Shown: piece by piece, positions 8,968-16,100 of the stretch | Position numbering within the stretch: the first letter of the stretch is position 1 | Layout: each line of letters opens with the position of its first letter | Notes under the pieces: generated by a model | The model's database searches: none | The model's input: the letters and a program-made list of their open reading frames with translations, nothing else | What the model was told of the DNA's origin: nothing | Assembly: GCA_040752415.1 (NCBI GenBank) | Contig: JBFMGU010000168.1 | Span: 1 to 23,716, forward strand | Direction: 5' to 3' | DNA: 23,716 nt | DNA from: Myxococcota bacterium | GTDB taxonomy: Bacteria > Myxococcota > JACRCW01 | Program-made: the position numbers and the translations under genes

Positions 8968-10032
8968 ATGCTGCGGCGCATCCTGCTTGCTGGCCTGATC
9001 ACCGTTGTCGTCGTTGGTTGTGGCCCCACAACATCCGGCACCACCACCACGGCCACCAGTTCCACGTCGAGCGCCAGCTCCTCCAGCGGAGTGGCGTCCA
9101 CCAGCGCGACACCGGGCAGCAGCGTGTCGTCGGGAACCGCGGCCAGCAGCGGCAGCTCCTCCAGCGCTTCGGCCGCCTCGTCCTCCGCGACCACGTCTTC
9201 CAGCAATGCTGTCGTTTCGTCGAGCTCCTCGTCGGGGAATGGTGCCGTCAGCAGCAGCAGCAGCAGCGGCGGTGGTGCCCCGGAGAGCGAGCCCAATGAC
9301 GACGCCAGCACTGCCAGCGCGCTGGTGGACGCCGCCCGCGGTGAGCTGAGCACGCTGGAGGACTGGGACTACTTCTCGCTCGTCGTCACGGAGGGGACCT
9401 TCCTCACCGCAAGCGTCACCACCTCCAGCCCACCCTGCGGCAGCGAGTCCAACACCAGCGGCGCGGACACCTTCCTGGAGCTCGTCGGCAGCAACGGGAC
9501 GGAGGGCCTTGCCCTGAACGACAACCGACACAACACCAACGACTACTGCTCACACCTCTCCCGCCTGGGACCACTCCGCGCGGGGACCTACTACCTGGCG
9601 GTGAGCAGCAACGTGGAGGCGGTGACGTCGTACACGCTGAGCGTGGTCACGGAAGCGCTGGCGCTCTCCGAGGACGACGAGAACGAGAACCTCTCCCAGG
9701 CGGACCCCTTCACGGATGGCTGGCGCGGCACGGTCTTCCCCGGTGACGACGTCGATTACGTGACCTTCAACGTTGCGCAGGCGGGCTCCTCCGCCACGGT
9801 AGAAGTCACCGACGACGGCACGGGCGACTGCTACGGCGCGCTGGACAGCTACCTGGCGGTTCACGACGCCTACGACGTGGAGCTCGCCAGTGACGACGAC
9901 ATCGAGGACTACGTCAACACCTGCTCCCGCGTGGAGCTGACCGGGCTGGCCGCGGGCGCGTACCACGTGGTGGTCAGCTCGCTGTTCTTCAACCCGTTCC
10001 ACTACGGGCTCACCATCACCGTGACGCCCTGA
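8968..10032 (+). CDS. Lipoprotein with Ser/Thr-rich linker and two PPC-like (pre-peptidase C-terminal type) beta-sandwich domains
   Basis: GGAGG 8956-8960 then ATG 8968. Signal MLRRILLAGLITVVVVG^C, about 80 aa Ser/Thr linker, ESEPND motif, then two repeats of DxDY..F / DT(S)xLxL / LAxN(D)D / C-S..L...L.AG.Y.(L/V).V. No catalytic motif seen. Confidence 0.8.
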   Translation: MLRRILLAGLITVVVVGCGPTTSGTTTTATSSTSSASSSSGVASTSATPGSSVSSGTAASSGSSSSASAASSSATTSSSNAVVSSSSSSGNGAVSSSSSSGGGAPESEPNDDASTASALVDAARGELSTLEDWDYFSLVVTEGTFLTASVTTSSPPCGSESNTSGADTFLELVGSNGTEGLALNDNRHNTNDYCSHLSRLGPLRAGTYYLAVSSNVEAVTSYTLSVVTEALALSEDDENENLSQADPFTDGWRGTVFPGDDVDYVTFNVAQAGSSATVEVTDDGTGDCYGALDSYLAVHDAYDVELASDDDIEDYVNTCSRVELTGLAAGAYHVVVSSLFFNPFHYGLTITVTP

Positions 10033-10074
10033 ACGCGGGAATGGCGGACGGCTGCGTTCCCGGTCCACCACGAC

Positions 10075-10117
10075 GGGGAGAAGCGGGCGCACCCACCCCG
10101 GGCGCACCCGCTTCCCC
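10075..10117. terminator. GC-rich hairpin between convergent genes, possible bidirectional terminator
   Basis: GAAGCGGGCGC (10080-10090) pairs with GCACCCGCTTC (10104-10114) with one mismatch, extendable with GGGG/CCCC. It lies between stop codons at 10032 and 10124. No clear U-tract. Confidence 0.45.
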
Positions 10118-10123
10118 TCGGGC

Positions 10124-13100
10124 TCAGAAGGCCTCGTCCCCGTCCATGCCGTCAAGGCACTGCGGGTCAAACGCGTCCACCCGCCCGTCGTTGTCGTCGT
10201 CCGCGTTGTTGTTGCACGCCGTGCCGGCCCAGTAGGGGTACATCTCCGGGCCGCCCCACCACGCGCAGTCCGGGTCGCGGAAGTCGATCCAGCCGTCCCG
10301 GTCGTTGTCGTAGCCGTCCTGGCAGCTGTCGAACTCCTCCGGCCGCATCGGGTCGTTGCGACAATCCGGGTCCTGCCCGTCCAGCACCCCGTCACCGTCG
10401 TCGTCCACACCGTTGCTGCACACGGCGAGGTTGTTGAAGCCCTGCTCCGGGTTGCCACTCCAGCAGTCGGGATCCTGGCCATCCATCCAGGTGTCACCGT
10501 CGTTGTCCTGGCCGTCGGAGCAAAGGCCCCCTTCGTCATTGGCGGACTGGTAGGGGCAGTCGGAATCAAACGCGTCCAGCTGTCCGTCATTGTCGTCGTC
10601 AACGCGGTTGCTGCACAGGCCCAGCTGGTCCGGGCCGCCCAGCTCCTTGCCCGTCTCCTGGCAGTCGGCGTCGCTGCCGTCCTCCCAGGTGTCCAGGTCG
10701 TTGTCCTGCCCGTCGGTGCAAGTGCCCTCCTCGTCATTCATCCAGGCACCGAAGCACTGCGGGTCATCCCGGTCGCGGAGGTTGTCGTTGTCGTTGTCGG
10801 CTCCGTCGTTGCACTCCGTGTTCCCGAAGCCCACCTCCTCGCCCGTGTAGAAGCAGTCGGGATCGTCGTTGTCCATCCAGCCATCATTGTCGTCGTCAAG
10901 GTTGTTGGCGCATCCATCCAGCTCGGAGGGGTCCCAGGCCCGACGGCACTCGGGGTCCTGTTGGTCCACGCGGAAGTCGCCGTCGTTGTCGATCCCGTCG
11001 TTGCAGGCGCGGGCTGGGAAGTAGCCGTCGTACTCGTCGCGGCCAATGGCGCAGGCCAGGTCATCCCCGTCGGTCCAGCCGTCGTAGTCGTTGTCGAACC
11101 CGTCGTTGCAGTAGTCCAGGGTCTCCGCCGGATCCATGGAGTGGCCACAGCCCAGGTCCGCCTGGTCCACGCTGCCGTCGCCGTCGTTGTCCAGCCCGTC
11201 GTTGCACGGCAGGTTCGCGTCGGTGCCCTGCTCCGGGCGACCGAACAGGCAGTCCGCATCCCGCTGGTCGATCCACCCGTCGTTGTCGTTGTCGAGGCCG
11301 TCCTCGCAGGCAACCCCCTCATCAAAGTCCCACGGTGAGAGGCAGTTGGGGTCCTCGCCGTCGGTATTCCCGTCATTGTCGTCGTCAACGCCGTTGCTGC
11401 ACATGGCCAGGCCGTTGATACCGGATTCCCCCGGCCCGCCGTAGTTGCAGTCCGCGTCGGCGCCATCCACCCACGTGTCGTTGTCGTTGTCCTGCACGTC
11501 GGAACACGTGCCCTCTTCGTCACCGCTGTTGGGCCCCAGGGCCACGCAATCGGGATCGTCCCCGTCGGCCACGCCGTCGTTGTTGTCATCCAGCCCGTTG
11601 GTGCAGCGGCTCACCCGGTCGTAGCCGCCCTGCTCCGGGCCGTTGGCGCACGCCGGGTCCATGTAGTCCACCCAGCTGTCCCCGTCGTTGTCCAGGCCGT
11701 CCTGGCAGGTCGTGGACTCGTCGTTCACCCACGCGCCCCAGCACTGCGGGTCGGCGCGGTCCGTTGCCCCGTCGTTGTCGTCGTCCTGTCCGTTGTTGCA
11801 GCGGTAGGCCGGGTCGTAGCCGAAGTACTCCTCCCGGCCGCTCCAGCAGTCCGGATCGTCGAAGTTCGTCCAGCCGTCGCCGTCGTTGTCGGAGGCGTCG
11901 TAGCAGGAGGGGGCACCCTCGTCGCCGTCGGCGCCGCCGTCACACTGCCAGTCCTGGGCATCCGCCACGCCGTCTGCGTCGTCGTCGTAGCCGTTGTTGC
12001 AGACAAAGCCGCTGTACGGTTGCTGCTCCGGCAGGTTGTAGATGGAGCAATCCGGGTCGCGCTGGTCCACCCAGCCGTCGCCGTCGTTGTCGACGCCGTC
12101 GCGGCAGGTGCCGGACTCGTCGTTGCTGTAGGGGTAGGGGCAGTCCGGATCGGCGGCATCCAGGTCCCCATTGCCGTCGTCATCCACGCCGTTGGAGCAC
12201 AGGCCGATGTTGTTGAACCCGCCGTTCTCCGGCCGGCCCATCCAGCAATCCGGGTCGTTGGCGTCGGTCCAGGTGTCATTGTCATTGTCCAGGCCATCGG
12301 CGCAGCTGTCGGATTCGTCGTCGTCGTAGGCGCTGGTGCACTGGGGATCGAAGTTGTCGATGCGGTTGTCGCCGTCGTCATCCGCGCCGTTGCTGCAGGC
12401 GCTCACGTTGTTGAACCGCACCGCCTCCGCGTAGCCCGCCTGGCAATCGGGGTCCGCCATGTCCTCCCAGGTGTCCAGGTCGTTGTCCAGGTTGTCCGCG
12501 CAGGTATTGCTCTCATCATTGTCCCAACCCACGCCACAGTCCGGATCCGCCTGGTCAACGCGGTTGTCGTTGTCGTCGTCCGCGAAGTTGTTGCAGAGGA
12601 ACTGGGAGAACCCGAACTGCTCCGGGCGACCGAACACCGCGCAGTCGGGGTCATTGTAGTCAACCCAGCCGTCCGCGTCGTTGTCCACCGAGTCGTAGCA
12701 GCTCACGCCCTCGTCGTTGTCGTACCCGGCGAAGCAGTCCGGGTCGTAGGCGTCCGCGGCGTTGTCGCCGTCGTCATCCACACCGTTGCTGCACTGGAAG
12801 TTGGGGTCGGGGGCAAAGAACTCGTCGCGACCGGCGTAGCAGTCCGCGTCCATCCCGTCGGTCCAGCCGTCCTGGTCGTTGTCCCAGTTGTCGTAGCAGC
12901 TCGGCGTGGCCTCGTCATAGTCCCAGCCCACCGCGCACCCGGGGTCCCGGGAGTCCACCTCCAGGTCCGCATCGTCGTCATACCCGTTGTTGCAGGTGAA
13001 CTGCGGGTCGGCGCCGAAGATCTCCGGGCGGCTGAAGAGGCCGCAGTCCGGGTCACTGTTGTCCACCCAGCCGTCCCCGTCGTTGTCCTGGCCGTCCACG

Positions 13101-16100
13101 CAGGTGCCCTGCTCGTCATTGGCAAAGGCGCTGGGACAGGCGGAGTCCAGTGCGTCGATTTGGCCGTCGTTGTCGTCGTCAGCACCGTTGGTGCACTGGG
13201 AGACGTTGTTGAACCCGCCACGCTCCGGCAGGCCGTACAAGCAGTCCACGTCCGCCCCATCCACCCAGGTGTCGCCGTCGTTGTCCTGGCCGTCGGCGCA
13301 GCTGTTCGCCTCGTCGTCGTAGGCGGCGTTGGGGCACTGGGGGTCAAAGCCGTCCATGCGGTTGTCCCCGTCGTCGTCCGCCCCGTTGCTGCACCGGGCC
13401 ACGTTGTTGAAGGGGACGTTCTCCGGACCGCCGGACCAGCAATCCGGGTCCTCGGCGTCCTCCCACGTGTCCAGGTCGTTGTCCGCGCCGTCCGTGCAGC
13501 TCCCGGTCTCGTCGTTGCCGGAGGGGCCGTTGGCGCAACCCTGATCCTGGCCGTCGGTCTGGCCGTCGTTGTCGTCATCCGCGCCGTTGCTGCAGCGGCC
13601 CAGGTTGTTCACCCCGCCGCGCTCGCGCCCGGTGCTGGCGCAGTCCGGGTCGGCGTAGTCCACCCAGGTGTCGTTGTCGTTGTCCTGGTTGTCGAAGCAC
13701 GTGTCGGCCTCGTCGGGATCCCAGCCGGCGGAGCACTGCGGGTCGTTGACGTCGGCCTGGGAGTCTGCGTCGTCGTCCGCGCCGTTGTTGCACTCATAGG
13801 CAGCGTCGTAGCCCTGCTCGGCGCGGCCCAGGTAGCAGTCCGCGTCGGCGCCATCCACCCAGCCGTCCAGGTCGTCGTCGATGTTGTTGAAGCAGGTGGC
13901 GGACTCGTCGTTGTCCCAACCCGCGAAGCAGTTGGGATCGTATGCGTCGTAGCGGCCGTTTCCGTCGTCGTCGCGGCCGTTGTTGCACTGGAGGGCCGGG
14001 TCGTAACCCAGCACCTCGTCGAGCTGGTACAGGTTGCACTCGGGGTCCGCCCAGTCCACCCAGCCGTCGTTGTCGTCGTCCATGTTGTTGCTGCACGTGG
14101 TGGCCCACTCGTCGCCATCAAAGCCGTCGGTACACGCGGGGTCCGCCGCATCCACCCGGCCATCGGCGTCGTCGTCAAAGCCGTTGTTGCAGGCGGTGAA
14201 GAAGAGGCCGCTCTCCGGCTGGCCAAAGGCGCAGTCCGGATCACTGTTGTCCACCCAGCCGTCGCCGTCGTTGTCCTGGCCGTCCACGCACACCGCGGAC
14301 TCATCCTGGTCAAACGCGCTGGTGCAGTTGGGGTCCTGCCCGTCCAGCCCGTTGGCGTTGTCGTCATCCGCACCGTTGCTGCACGCGGAGATGCGGTTGA
14401 AGCCTTCCTCGGGCTGGTTGAAGGCGCAGTCCGGGTCGTCGGCGTCGACCCAGGTGTCGTTGTCGTTGTCCTGGCCGTCGGCGCAGATGTTGGACTCGTC
14501 ATTGTCCCAGCCGGCCGTGCAGTTGGGGTCGGCACGGTCGGTCAGGTTGTTGCCGTCGTCATCCAGGTTGTTGTTGCACGCCAGGATGCTGAAGCCGCTC
14601 TCGGGCCGGTTGAAGTAGACGCAATCCGGATCCTGGTTGTCCACCCAGCCGTCGGTGTCGTTGTCCTGGCCGTCCTGGCACGTGCCTGCCTCGTCGTTGC
14701 GGTAGGCGTCCGGGCAGAACTGGTCGGCGGCGTCGGTGGCGCCGTCGTTGTCATCATCCCGGCCGTTGCTGCACTGGCTGACGTGGTTGAACCCGGATTC
14801 CGGCTGGCCCTGGTTGCAGTCCGGGTCGGCCCAGTCGATCCAGCTGTCCCCGTCGTTGTCCAACCCGTCGGAGCAGACGGTCGACTCGTCGTCGTCGGAG
14901 CCGGAGAAGCAGCTCGGGTCGGCGCGGTCCAGGACACCGTTGTTGTCGTCGTCCACATTGTTGTTGCACTGGAAGGAGCTGTAGCCGCCCAGCTCGGGCC
15001 GGCCCATCACGGAACAATCCGGGTCCTGGCTGTCCACCCAGCCGTCGCCGTCGTTGTCCTGCTGGTCAATACAGGTTCCCGCCTCGTCCGGTGCAAACGC
15101 GGAAGCACACTCCGGATCCAGCGCGTCCGTGAAAGTGTCGTTGTCGTCGTCCTGGCCGTTGTTGCACGGGAGGTCGCCTTGGCCCTGCTCCGGGTTGCCC
15201 GCGGCGCAGTCGGGGTCGGCGAAGTCCACCCACCCGTCGGAGTCATTGTCCTGCTGGTCCAGGCAGACGTTGGACTCGTCGTTGTCCGAGCCGGAGTAGC
15301 AGTTCGGGTCGTCGCGGTCCTGCACGCCGCTGTTGTCGTCGTCAACGTTGTTGTTGCAGGCGTACTGCGAGTACCCGCCGGTCTCCGGGCTGTTGAACAC
15401 CGAGCAGTCCGGGTCGTCGAAGTCGCGCCAGCCGTCGCCGTCGTTGTCCTGCCCGTCAAAGCACGTCCCGGCCTCGTCGTCCCAGCGCGCGTTGAAGCAG
15501 TGCACGTCGCCGCGGTCGGTGGTGCCGTCGTTGTCGTCATCCGCGCCGTTGTTGCACTGCGTGGGGCCCAGGCCGGACTCGGGATCGCCGCGGTCGCACT
15601 CCGGGTCCTCGGCGTCGACCCAGCCGTCATTGTCGTTGTCCAGGCCGTCGCGGCAGAGCGGAGAGGGGCCGGGCAGACACACGGAGCGGCCCGGCATCAT
15701 GTTCCCGCACACGTAGCCGGGACGACAATCCGCGTCGGTCACGCAGCCATCCAGGCACAGGCCAGCGGAGAGCTGGTCAATGGGCACGCAGACGCCGTCG
15801 TCCGCGCAATCGTTGGTGGCCAGGTCGCACCACTCGGAACAGGAGCCGCCCACCCACCGCGGGAAGCCCGCCTCAGTGATGCACGCCGGGTCGTTGTTGT
15901 TGGCGGCGCACTCGGTTGCGGCCGTGCACGGCGTGCCCACCGCGCCTGCGCCCGGCATGCACTCCGCGGTGCCCTGGCAGAACGTGGTGTCGGAACAGTC
16001 GGCAAGGCTGTCGCCGTCGTTGTCGGCGAGATCCACGCAATCCGCCTCGCCGTACGCGCAGGCCGAGAGGTCCAGCGTGCAGGAAGCGCCGCAGGTGAGC

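Noticed and set aside
10124..10140. C-terminal Phe of the giant protein as a BAM/autotransporter signal
   Set aside because: No amphipathic beta-strands precede it. The terminus is simply the end of a B repeat, and no MYXO-CTERM-like TM tail is present.
15506..15592. Two RGD tripeptides in the first two array units (15584-15592, 15506-15514), suggestive of thrombospondin-integrin binding
   Set aside because: In a long sequence so rich in D and G, a couple of RGDs are expected by chance, and the second lies within the putative Ca2+-binding core.
10127..15655. Possible CRISPR array or DGR variable/template repeats
   Set aside because: The repeats are in-frame, degenerate at synonymous positions and protein-coding. 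There are no identical direct repeats with spacers, no cas or reverse transcriptase gene in the window, and no adenine-specific repeat pair was noticed.
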